A stretch of 64,000 nt of DNA from a virus. Of the stretch, positions 54,225 to 61,725 are shown piece after piece (the stretch's first letter is position 1; the number at the start of each line of letters is the position of its first letter). Both the position numbers and the translations under genes were made by a program. Location: the IMG/VR virus record IMGVR_UViG_3300025919_000136, positions 1-64,000 of that record; one strand, written 5' to 3'. The notes beneath the pieces were generated by a model. The model ran no database searches. It saw only the letters and a list, made by a program, of their open reading frames with translations, and was not told the DNA's origin.

Positions 54225-54522
54225 CCTTGAACTTAGCCAGCCCTAGCATCAGCGCCCGGCACACTTCCTGTCCGCTATATGCCCCGGCGGAGATCCGGTC
54301 CAGAAAAGTGGGCTCCGGGATTCCGAGGGCCTCCGCCGTCCACATGGCCGCATCGAAGCCGTACCTTGGCAACGCCTGGACGATGGCTTTCTGGCGGATT
54401 GGGTCGTCCCAGTCGCGTACCTTGTTCAGTGCCACATAGAGGTTGTGTTGGGCTTCTGGCGGCCACTCCGCAAGTAAGGCCGTGGCCTCCACGAACTGCT
54501 TGATTTGAAGGTGGTTCATCAT
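54187..54522 (-). CDS. Early hypothetical protein
   Basis: ATGA overlap. Confidence 0.55.
   Translation of the reverse strand: MMNHLQIKQFVEATALLAEWPPEAQHNLYVALNKVRDWDDPIRQKAIVQALPRYGFDAAMWTAEALGIPEPTFLDRISAGAYSGQEVCRALMLGLAKFKDELEHGESIEDD
54287..54313 (+). repeat. Degenerate 28-bp element copy (intragenic)
   Basis: gcggagatccggtccagaaaagtgggc. Confidence 0.65.
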
Positions 54523-54761
54523 ATTATCATTCCAAGCGCGAAGTCGATGGATTCTTCATCGTGAATTGGGGCGGCTATGTCGAGCTCGGCCTCGTTCGGT
54601 TCGATGAGGGCTGGAGTGAATATATAGCCCTTGCCCGCACCTAGGTCGGCCACGAAGACGATGTGCTCGCCCTGTGGTCCGACCATTGGTGTGGCTTGGG
54701 TGGTGCTATTGGCGACGAACCCACGCTTGGTGAGTTCGACCATGATTTCGTTTGGGTTCAC
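54519..54761 (-). CDS. Acidic early protein (paralogue of 60060-60293)
   Basis: L...GF...T...G...V.V...YIF...P..D.E.ID.A. Confidence 0.55.
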   Translation of the reverse strand: MNPNEIMVELTKRGFVANSTTQATPMVGPQGEHIVFVADLGAGKGYIFTPALIEPNEAELDIAAPIHDEESIDFALGMII

Positions 54762-55300
54762 GAATGCTCCGTTCTCCGCTTATTGGCGTTATATTCCTTC
54801 AGCTTCCGCGATTGTTCGGCGCGTTGTTCGGGCGTCCAGGGACGGGCGTATTTGCTGCGGGCTGTTTTCTGGAGCGAAGGCGGGGTCGTAGCCGGTTGGT
54901 TCAATTCCGTAATCAGCCTGTAGGTGCTGTCCAAGTGACGCTCCACTTCGTCGCGGTGGAGCATGTAAAGGCAGCCACGCAGCGATTTGAGTTCGGCGGT
55001 GTTCTCGGCAACGGCCTGCACTAATTCAGCTTGGGCCTCCGCGTTCAGCACCATAGCGGCGGAGACGTCTTGCAGCTGCCGGAGCAGGGCCTGATGTTGG
55101 GTGGTTTGCTCGGCGCGAAGCTGACGGTCAGCGGCTTGCTGCTGGTCGTCCAGGGCTTCGAGCAGGTTGCTTAGCTTGGCGGAGATGCCTTGCTGGGAGA
55201 CCAGGTGGCGAATGGCTAGCTCAGCGATGCCGTTAGCATCGGAGACGTCTTCGCCAATTTGGTAGACGAGGTTGGGTCGGGGTGGATACTTGTTGCTCAT
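54758..55300 (-). CDS. Coiled-coil early protein
   Basis: Gln/Ala heptads, WTPEQRAEQS tail. Confidence 0.55.
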   Translation of the reverse strand: MSNKYPPRPNLVYQIGEDVSDANGIAELAIRHLVSQQGISAKLSNLLEALDDQQQAADRQLRAEQTTQHQALLRQLQDVSAAMVLNAEAQAELVQAVAENTAELKSLRGCLYMLHRDEVERHLDSTYRLITELNQPATTPPSLQKTARSKYARPWTPEQRAEQSRKLKEYNANKRRTEHS

Positions 55301-55509
55301 GATCTAGGATACCCCTCAGACTCGTCGTCCGAGGTGCCCAGAGTCCACTCTATGGGGTCTAGCTCTGCGGCGTGCTTGGCTACTGCCACTAGTAGCTGCT
55401 CGTCCTGCTCGTCCATCAGTTCGGCCAGGTCTAGGAATTCCTGCTTGGTCAGCTTCTGCTTCAACGTCTCTACTGTCTGTTCTACAGTTGCCATGGTAGG
55501 CTCCTTCAT
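55297..55509 (-). CDS. Acidic early protein
   Basis: AAGGAG site. Confidence 0.5.
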   Translation of the reverse strand: MKEPTMATVEQTVETLKQKLTKQEFLDLAELMDEQDEQLLVAVAKHAAELDPIEWTLGTSDDESEGYPRS

Positions 55510-55549
55510 GTTTAAATGGCTCTATACGGTCGATCGTAATGGAGGTAAC

Positions 55550-55702
55550 TTAGCGGTCCTTCCGGCCACGGTTGAAGCGAATCTCGTCGATGATTGCATC
55601 TCGCGCATCGATGATCCGGCAGACCAGATGATGGGTCGCACCGAGAATGAGGAGCATTATGAGAACGCTCATCGCGCAGATACAATTGATGATGCTGTCC
55701 AT
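55550..55702 (-). CDS. Small membrane protein
   Basis: AAAGGA site, hydrophobic N-terminus. Confidence 0.45.
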   Translation of the reverse strand: MDSIINCICAMSVLIMLLILGATHHLVCRIIDARDAIIDEIRFNRGRKDR

Positions 55703-55743
55703 GTCGTTGGTTCCTTTTGGGATCGGGGAGCTGGGCAACGGCC

Positions 55744-56034
55744 CTACTCGCCTAGAATGCTGTCTCTAAGAGTTTGCAGACTCTCGTCTCGCTCCTTATC
55801 TAGTTGTGCCTGCAAGACTGCTCCGTCCGGGGTATGATCCGGGTGAACGCTCAGGTAGACTCTGACTTCTTCTCCCTTCTTGTTGGCGAAGTAAAGCCTG
55901 CCGGTCGCAGTGGACTGAACCGATAGACCACGGCGTGCTTGTGTCGCTGCTTGGTCGTAGGTTTTACAGTGGGTCATTCCGCCCACCGTCTTGACGTCTT
56001 TTGTATTGCGGTGGTGATAGCAGTTGGTTTTCAT
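55744..56034 (-). CDS. Early hypothetical protein
   Basis: Gene chain. Confidence 0.5.
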   Translation of the reverse strand: MKTNCYHHRNTKDVKTVGGMTHCKTYDQAATQARRGLSVQSTATGRLYFANKKGEEVRVYLSVHPDHTPDGAVLQAQLDKERDESLQTLRDSILGE

Positions 56035-56087
56035 GATTTTCCATGGCGCTCCGGGGAGGGGCCACTCACGCACCCCCCTATAGCACG

Positions 56088-57110
56088 CTAGCTAGCGGCC
56101 TCCGCGAAGAACTGATCCAACGCCCGCCCACTCAGCGAACAACCCATTAGCAACTCCGGAGCAATGTGGCCTTCGTACCGCATGGGATGGCGGCGGGATT
56201 TCTTGGTGGGTTTGGGTGTGGGAGCACATTGAATGGCAGGCTTTGCGGCACGCCCACGCGGAGCATCCGTCCCAGAAGAGGGGCCATCTACGTTCAGCTT
56301 CGCCACAACCTGATGGCGAATCTCTACACGATCCGGCGCACGCTCGTAGACTGGATAGGAATTCAATACATTCTGGACTTCCTGCTGGATCTCGGCTTCG
56401 GTTGGGGCCAACGGCAACGGATCGCTTAGATCGATCGCCGGGACTTCCACGGCCACCGCCCCACCATGCTGCGGGTGGGGCAAGCCGTAGTGCTCGGCGC
56501 AGACCGGGCCGTAGCCAACTTCCACGGAACCTTCCTCTTCCAGCGTCCGACTGCAGAAGCAACAGGCCCCTAGCAGCTTGCCATACTCGGCGGCAACTTG
56601 TACCGGGTTGGCGGCGAACCGCAGCACTACTTCGCGAATGGCAGGAGTCATGGACTTGCCCTCCACCAGACGGCCATCAGGGTCGATGCGCCCGAACCAG
56701 GTACGGTCTTCGTATGAACCGGACGAGACAACCGAGAGGGATTGTGGGTGCTTGCTAGCCGAAGTATTCGGCAAGATGCGGAAGTCTACAACCTCCCCGG
56801 ACGGGGTGGTGGCTTGCAGCCGAACCTTGGGTCGCTTGAGTGCTTTGGCAGCCACCGCAAATAACTCGTAGATTTTGGCGACTTCGCCAACGGAAATGGG
56901 GGTGGACTTGGCGGCATCCATGGCCAGCTTGTGTACCCACCACCATTGTTCGCTGCTCAGTTGGCCCTTAGAGGTGAAGTCCGCGACCAACTTCGCGGCG
57001 AAGGAGTCGGGTTTACCTTCGGCCAACCCTACCAACGCTTCCATAGCTTCCCGGTACGTAAACGGCGATTCCAACGTTCCCCGCTTGCCTGCTACACGAT
57101 TCCGAATCAT
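56088..57110 (-). CDS. DUF6011-containing protein
   Basis: CCFCSRTLEEEGSVEVGYGPVCA; AAGGAGG site. Confidence 0.7.
   Translation of the reverse strand: MIRNRVAGKRGTLESPFTYREAMEALVGLAEGKPDSFAAKLVADFTSKGQLSSEQWWWVHKLAMDAAKSTPISVGEVAKIYELFAVAAKALKRPKVRLQATTPSGEVVDFRILPNTSASKHPQSLSVVSSGSYEDRTWFGRIDPDGRLVEGKSMTPAIREVVLRFAANPVQVAAEYGKLLGACCFCSRTLEEEGSVEVGYGPVCAEHYGLPHPQHGGAVAVEVPAIDLSDPLPLAPTEAEIQQEVQNVLNSYPVYERAPDRVEIRHQVVAKLNVDGPSSGTDAPRGRAAKPAIQCAPTPKPTKKSRRHPMRYEGHIAPELLMGCSLSGRALDQFFAEAAS
56257..56285 (+). repeat. 28-bp element copy (intragenic)
   Basis: cgcggagcatccgtcccagaagaggggcc, read as GPSSGTDAPR. Confidence 0.9.
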
Positions 57111-57140
57111 ATCACGACCTCCTTGACTGACTTACCATTA

Positions 57141-57200
57141 AGTATAACTCATCAGAGAAGGTTTGGGGGCCTTTTTATCGAAAATAATTTAATTATTTTC
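57141..57200 (-). promoter_or_regulatory. Repeated promoter copy 9
   Basis: GAAAATAATTAAATTATTTTC - CCCCCAAAC - GTTATACT. Confidence 0.8.
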
Positions 57201-57222
57201 CAAGAGATTTGGGAGCGTGGCC

Positions 57223-57768
57223 CTACTGGTCCGCCTGACGAAGGCGACCTTGGCGCTTCTGAGCAGGGTTGCTCCATGCGGAATGGGCCGTATGCTTCGG
57301 ACCGAAAACACCCACTTCGGTGGCTGTCCCAACTTCAGGAAAGTCGCTGCGGTCCAAGTCGTGGGAAGCAAGCGGCTTGCGCAAGCATCCACAGGACTTC
57401 GCCACGCCTTGGATCATTTTTCCAACTGCAACCCTGGCGGTATTACCACAGTCACATTGACAGAGCCACATGGTGCTCTGGTTACCTGACTTTGAGATTC
57501 GCTTGCCGTCGTAGCGCACCGCCGTCAGCAGACCACTCCGAAGGCCGGTGATATCTTTGCGTTGGCATTGGGGTAGAGTGCTCTTGTAGCAACCGCTCAT
57601 GCCGCAGGACTTCACCCGACCAAGGCGCAAGTTTTGGGAGACTTGGGTCGTAATACGACCGCAATCACAGCGACAAATCCAATGGGCTCCGCCACGATTA
57701 TTCGAAGTCTGCTCGATGGCAACCAGTCTTCCAAATCGCTGCCCGGCAAGGTTAATGGCTTTTGGCAT
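57223..57768 (-). CDS. Homing-endonuclease-type Zn-binding repeats without a nuclease domain
   Basis: Two G.R.G.L...W.C.CDCG...KSCG repeats; no HNH follows. Confidence 0.65.
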   Translation of the reverse strand: MPKAINLAGQRFGRLVAIEQTSNNRGGAHWICRCDCGRITTQVSQNLRLGRVKSCGMSGCYKSTLPQCQRKDITGLRSGLLTAVRYDGKRISKSGNQSTMWLCQCDCGNTARVAVGKMIQGVAKSCGCLRKPLASHDLDRSDFPEVGTATEVGVFGPKHTAHSAWSNPAQKRQGRLRQADQ

Positions 57769-57802
57769 ATTCGTTCCTTTTGGTTTTAACGACTTACCTT
57801 AT

Positions 57803-57862
57803 ATTATGACTGATTGGGATGGGTTTGGGGGACTTTCAGAAAATATTCTCAACTATTTTTCC
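57803..57862 (-). promoter_or_regulatory. Repeated promoter copy 10
   Basis: AT tracts - CCCCCAAAC - ATCAGTCATAAT. Confidence 0.85.
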
Positions 57863-57866
57863 AACG

Positions 57867-57896
57867 AAAAGGGGCAGGGGCCGAAGCCCCCGCCCC
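57867..57896 (-). terminator. Rho-independent terminator
   Basis: GC stem with cUUCGg loop, then TTTT. Confidence 0.8.
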
Positions 57897-57912
57897 CAAA
57901 GCACCACGCCAA

Positions 57913-58116
57913 CTAAACATTGCGGGCAACGGCTTCGCCCATTTCTTCGTGAAACCACTCGGCCATCGCCGGGATTTCGAGCAACCGGGCAACCTCTTCG
58001 AGGATCACGATTTGATTTTCCTCACCTTCGCACAGATTCGGCTTCGCGCGCAAGGTTTGCGCCTTTTCGCGGCAGGCCAGGATGACCAATTCGGTGGTTC
58101 GGGTTTCGACGATCAT
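57913..58116 (-). CDS. Early hypothetical protein
   Basis: Single gene between promoter copy 11 and a terminator. Confidence 0.55.
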   Translation of the reverse strand: MIVETRTTELVILACREKAQTLRAKPNLCEGEENQIVILEEVARLLEIPAMAEWFHEEMGEAVARNV

Positions 58117-58161
58117 GGATTTCTCCCAGAAAACCGGCGCTACATTCTGCCGGCACCAAAC

Positions 58162-58222
58162 AGTATAACCGATCGGGACGGGTTTGAGTGGGTTTTGGAG
58201 AAGTATTTTGGAAAATATTTTC
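58162..58222 (-). promoter_or_regulatory. Repeated promoter copy 11
   Basis: TATTTTCCAAAATAC - CTCAAAC - CCGATCGGTTATACT. Confidence 0.85.
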
Positions 58223-58230
58223 GGAGCAAT

Positions 58231-58260
58231 GAGGGGAGCGCCTGAAAGCGCTCCCCACTC
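58231..58260 (-). terminator. Hairpin / probable terminator
   Basis: ggggagcgc / gcgctcccc. Confidence 0.55.
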
Positions 58261-58264
58261 CCCA

Positions 58265-58522
58265 CTAGAACGTTTGCTCAATCCCTGTAGGCTGCCAGTA
58301 GGATTCGTCCTTGCCTCCGCCACCGTTGGCAGAGTCGTCATGCTCCGGACGGATTACCAAACCGAGAACTTCGGGATTGTTCGGCTGGGCTACCACCATC
58401 AACCCTGTTACCGAATTCTCCTCGGGCGTCCACCACTGGCAAGGAACGCCCACGAGAACGGGCGTGTCCTCAGGAATCGGGAGTTCCTGCAGGGCCTTTA
58501 CGAATTGCTTCAACGTAATCAT
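58265..58522 (-). CDS. Early hypothetical protein
   Basis: MITLKQFVKALQELP, AAAGGAG site. Confidence 0.6.
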   Translation of the reverse strand: MITLKQFVKALQELPIPEDTPVLVGVPCQWWTPEENSVTGLMVVAQPNNPEVLGLVIRPEHDDSANGGGGKDESYWQPTGIEQTF

Positions 58523-58562
58523 TCTGTCTCCTTTGAACGGCTTGAATTGAACAACAAGCATC

Positions 58563-58635
58563 AGTATAACCGATCGCGCAGCGTTTGGGACATAAGCCCT
58601 TACGTCGAATTTGGGAATTTTCCAAAGTATTTTTC
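58563..58635 (-). promoter_or_regulatory. Repeated promoter copy 12
   Basis: CCCAAAC - CGATCGGTTATACT. Confidence 0.8.
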
Positions 58636-58680
58636 TTGACCTATATTCTGGAGCGAGCACCCCCCAAACTGCTCGCTATT

Positions 58681-58708
58681 CGCGGAGCATCCTGCCCAGA
58701 GGATGGCC
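58681..58708 (+). repeat. 28-bp element copy
   Basis: cgcggagcatcctgcccagaggatggcc. Confidence 0.9.
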
Positions 58709-58815
58709 CAACCATTTAAAGCGGTCTAGCAGCCGGTTTAAAGCGACTTTATAGCAGTAGGCCTTAGTGGTCCGGGGGCGCGAAAATCGTTTTTACGGCT
58801 CTATACGTCAAAAGG

Positions 58816-59049
58816 TTACTCCGTGTAGTCATCCACGATCGCTTGGATTTCGAAGGTTTGGAGTGGCGCAGCCAAGGTTAGCGAACAGATGCTCAAGTGG
58901 AAGGTAAGCGAGTCGTGGTCCTGGTGTTCGCGGGAGAGGCATTCCAGTTGAGTCTCGGCATTGTTATCGTGGTTATACTTTCCCACCAACACCTGCTCGC
59001 CAGAGCCATTGAACGAATAGTAGATCAAGTTGCCTTCGCGAATGAACAT
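58816..59049 (-). CDS. Early hypothetical protein
   Basis: TAATG-coupled. Confidence 0.5.
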   Translation of the reverse strand: MFIREGNLIYYSFNGSGEQVLVGKYNHDNNAETQLECLSREHQDHDSLTFHLSICSLTLAAPLQTFEIQAIVDDYTE

Positions 59050-59255
59050 TAGTCCTCTTCGTCCCCTTCCCGCTTCACGGTGCGATCGATCGAAATCACG
59101 ACCGTGGCTCCAGCGGCATCCTCAACCCTCAACCAATTGCGGCCAATGGTTCGCACGATGCCGCGTTGCGGGGTGGTGTTGCCATGTCCGTTTTCGTACT
59201 GCACGATGTCGTACTCGTTGAAGTCGGCGGCTGTGGGTATAGCGGTGGATTTCAT
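59049..59255 (-). CDS. Small SH3-like early protein
   Basis: FNEYDIVQY...RGIVRTIG; AAAGGA site. Confidence 0.5.
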   Translation of the reverse strand: MKSTAIPTAADFNEYDIVQYENGHGNTTPQRGIVRTIGRNWLRVEDAAGATVVISIDRTVKREGDEED

Positions 59256-59264
59256 ATTTGTCCT

Positions 59265-59450
59265 TTAGCGGAACCGAATGACGTCTGCAATGTGCAGCGC
59301 ACGTTCGGTGTCGGTCATGTGCGGGTGGCGGAAGGCGTAGGTCATCTCGGCTACGAAGAAGAATGCTGCTAGAGTCCAAAGTAGGTAAATGGCAGCCTTC
59401 CACAGCTTGATCTCGGTTTGGATGTCTATCCTTGGCTTTTTCATGGTCAT
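59265..59450 (-). CDS. Small membrane protein
   Basis: TM + FRHPHMTDTER. Confidence 0.5.
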   Translation of the reverse strand: MTMKKPRIDIQTEIKLWKAAIYLLWTLAAFFFVAEMTYAFRHPHMTDTERALHIADVIRFR

Positions 59451-59845
59451 CCTGAAGAATCTACTCGGTTCGACACGCCGCACTTCGAGCAGGTATTCGT
59501 GTGGTCGAACATAGCATGGGTGACCGTCGTCCAGATGTGCTCGCAGCCAATGTAGAAGTAGCGCGTATGCTCGTTCTGGTTGCGTGGACGCATGCGGCCT
59601 ACCGCCCACTGGTCGAACCAGACGATGTCGAGCGCACGGAAGGACAAGCCTTGGTCCCCCTCAAAGTTCATCAGTTGGCGGTGCTCTTCGAAGCGGGACT
59701 GCGGATAGATTCGGCCGTAGTACTCGTGCTCCGAGATCTCGACCATTGGTTGCGGTGGTCGGTTGTGGTTGCCAAACTCTTGCAGCCAAGGCCGATCGAC
59801 GAATTCGATTTCGGGCGTCTGGCACCAGACCAAGCGGTAGCTCAT
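59447..59845 (-). CDS. Hypothetical protein with C-terminal Zn motif
   Basis: GCEHIW...CSKCG...VDSSG. Confidence 0.6.
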   Translation of the reverse strand: MSYRLVWCQTPEIEFVDRPWLQEFGNHNRPPQPMVEISEHEYYGRIYPQSRFEEHRQLMNFEGDQGLSFRALDIVWFDQWAVGRMRPRNQNEHTRYFYIGCEHIWTTVTHAMFDHTNTCSKCGVSNRVDSSG

Positions 59846-60063
59846 TTAATCTCCTGCAGCCCGGACAGCTTCCCCTCTGGAGAAATGGTTAGCTTCCTAT
59901 ACTCGCCATACTTCAGCCCCATCCAACCGCCACCAGCGCGCGACTCCAGGCGAACGTAGCGCTCGTTCAGCTTCAGCCGCTTGTTAGCCTTATATAAGTG
60001 GTTGTTCTGGCCGACGGTCCAACCTTTGGACTTGGCCCAGTCTACCAGTGCTTGCTTGGTCAT
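59842..60063 (-). CDS. Early protein (paralogue of 51670-51900)
   Basis: Alignable by eye over its full length. Confidence 0.6.
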   Translation of the reverse strand: MTKQALVDWAKSKGWTVGQNNHLYKANKRLKLNERYVRLESRAGGGWMGLKYGEYRKLTISPEGKLSGLQEIK

Positions 60064-60293
60064 TCACGCCCCCATACGGCTTCGTCGATTTCTTCCTTAT
60101 CCTCGACCGGTTGCGGCGTGTTGGTGCTCTCTTCCTCCGCAAAGTAGGTCACGAAGATGTATGGCTCCCCGTCCATTTCGACCAACACTACAACATCACC
60201 TTCGTCGTTGGAAAGTACTTGGGCGGTGGAACCGTCGGTGGTGGGCGTGAAGCCCAAAGTGGAGAGATGAAATGCTGCTTCGGAGACTTTCAT
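60060..60293 (-). CDS. Acidic early protein (paralogue of 54519-54761)
   Basis: TAAGGA site. Confidence 0.55.
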   Translation of the reverse strand: MKVSEAAFHLSTLGFTPTTDGSTAQVLSNDEGDVVVLVEMDGEPYIFVTYFAEEESTNTPQPVEDKEEIDEAVWGRE

Positions 60294-60315
60294 TGGATTC
60301 CTTAAGATAGAGGTA

Positions 60316-60592
60316 GCAAGGCTGGTTGAGCTACTGACGATCATCGCACTACGCTGCAGCGCGTAGGCTCCCGAGGTTCGCTCTCAGTCGGGTTATCAGC
60401 AAGTCGAACACTGCATGTATACGACAGCGGCAGCAAACTTGCTCTCGCCGGACCATGCCGACTCTCCACGGAACCAGCCTTGCCCCATGCAAGCAAACCA
60501 GGAGGCAGGACTCAACTACCTAGCGGGATAGCTGGGGTACAATCGCGAAGTCTTACGACCGTGCCATACGTCCCGAATTGTTCCTGGTTGCT
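60316..60592 (-). ncRNA. Candidate two-domain structured non-coding RNA
   Basis: Closing helices AGCAACCAGGA/TCCTGGTTTGCT and GCAAGGCTGGTT/AACCAGCCTTGC with nested stems; no credible ORF. Confidence 0.6.
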
Positions 60593-60593
60593 C

Positions 60594-60670
60594 TGGGAAC
60601 TCCGATCGGGCTCGAACCGATACTGTAGCCGAATTACTCGGGTGCCTCTGCCAGTTGGGCTACGAAGTTC
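60594..60670 (-). tRNA. tRNA-like gene with aberrant anticodon arm
   Basis: Acceptor AACTTCG/CGGAGTT, D arm TAGCCCAACTGGCAGAGGC, T arm ATCGG TTCGAGC CCGAT, encoded CCA; anticodon loop only GTAAT. Confidence 0.75.
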
Positions 60671-60698
60671 TTAGGAGCCACAGCAGGCTCCACCGTAT

Positions 60699-60768
60699 AT
60701 TATGCCCCAAGCGAACAGCTTTGGGGGCCGTTTTCTCTTGTATACGAAAATAACTGGGTAGTTATTTT
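60699..60768 (-). promoter_or_regulatory. Repeated promoter copy 13 (drives tRNA-like / ncRNA unit)
   Basis: AAAATAACT..AGTTATTTT palindrome - CCCCCAAAG - GGCATAAT. Confidence 0.75.
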
Positions 60769-60871
60769 GATAGGACCCTGCCAGAACCGCTCAGGATCCG
60801 CTAATTAAGGCATACTTGCTGCGGTAGCGAGAACCGCACCGAGCCCCTAACCAGCCCAGGAAACTGTTGGC

Positions 60872-61249
60872 ATGGAATACAGCAACGACACTATCACATA
60901 CTGGGAATGTCCAGTATGCTTGCGGCAAATAGACTCTTGGGAATTCGATGTTCACCTCTTCCGTCACTTAGCGGAGGACACCCCAACTACTAACGGCAAC
61001 GGACATTGTGGGCACGACCACGGAACCTTAGTAGCTGCAGCTATAGATTTGCTAGGGGCGGGCGCTACGAATGGCTTCGGCGTGGTGGAAGTTGGTGATC
61101 CCGGACTGGAAGAGTTCCTGACGAAGCAAGAGGCGGAACTGATGGAGTTCGACGTCTGGTTGAGTTGCGAACAGTTACGACGCTACCGCATCTACTGGGA
61201 GCGACACTACAGGAAATACCGAGCCGAGGAAGATGGAGGGGATGATTAG
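60872..61249 (+). CDS. Protein with C2H2-like Zn finger
   Basis: CPVC...HLFRH. Confidence 0.55.
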   Translation: MEYSNDTITYWECPVCLRQIDSWEFDVHLFRHLAEDTPTTNGNGHCGHDHGTLVAAAIDLLGAGATNGFGVVEVGDPGLEEFLTKQEAELMEFDVWLSCEQLRRYRIYWERHYRKYRAEEDGGDD

Positions 61250-61674
61250 TGGCCATAATAGACCCTGGATGGAACCGAGCCAACTTCAGCTCCGACCCAT
61301 TCCGTCTCATGTTCGACAATTACTTCCTTCGAACCGGGACGCGCCACCCAGCAGACCCCAAGTACAAGGAATGGCAGGAAGCACAAAGCGTACCACCTGG
61401 CAACCCTTCGGCTGGACGTGGAGCATCTCCTCCAGAAGATGGGCCAAAATCCAAAGTTCCATACGTATCGCTAGAGGTTCGCAGGGCTGCAGATTTTCTG
61501 GCAGCGAACTCGACGGTGCGCTCTGACTACATAACCACATCGCCAGAGCGAATGAAAGCGGCTTTCCGCGAAGCGACTCAGAAGTTACGCCCCGACCTTG
61601 GCCGCAACCACGAAGCTTCGGTTCAGTTGAACGCAGCCTACGCCACGCTGAAGCGATTCCATGGTGTTCGGTGA
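61249..61674 (+). CDS. Protein with C-terminal J-domain-like module (RPD in place of HPD)
   Basis: MKAAFREATQKLRPDLG...VQLNAAYATLK. Confidence 0.6.
   Translation: MAIIDPGWNRANFSSDPFRLMFDNYFLRTGTRHPADPKYKEWQEAQSVPPGNPSAGRGASPPEDGPKSKVPYVSLEVRRAADFLAANSTVRSDYITTSPERMKAAFREATQKLRPDLGRNHEASVQLNAAYATLKRFHGVR
61417..61445 (+). repeat. 28-bp element copy (intragenic)
   Basis: cgtggagcatctcctccagaagatgggcc, read as RGASPPEDGP. Confidence 0.9.
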
Positions 61675-61725
61675 AGGGTCCAATAAGTACGGCAGCCGTT
61701 TCTGACAGCAAACGACTAAACCTTA

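Noticed and set aside
12258-60305. Numerous + strand ORFs overlapping - strand genes (e.g. 15557-16252, 22539-23318, 48962-49681)
   Set aside because: Antisense shadows of GC-rich coding sequence with no motifs; only 50124-50816 is credible.
60310-60593. HDV-like (theta) ribozyme, group I intron, hammerhead or TPP riboswitch after the tRNA
   Set aside because: GAG-TCCTGC-CTC resembles P3/L3, but no GG follows P1 and no J4/2 fits. CTGAGA and GACTGA/TCAGT lack the remaining conserved cores.
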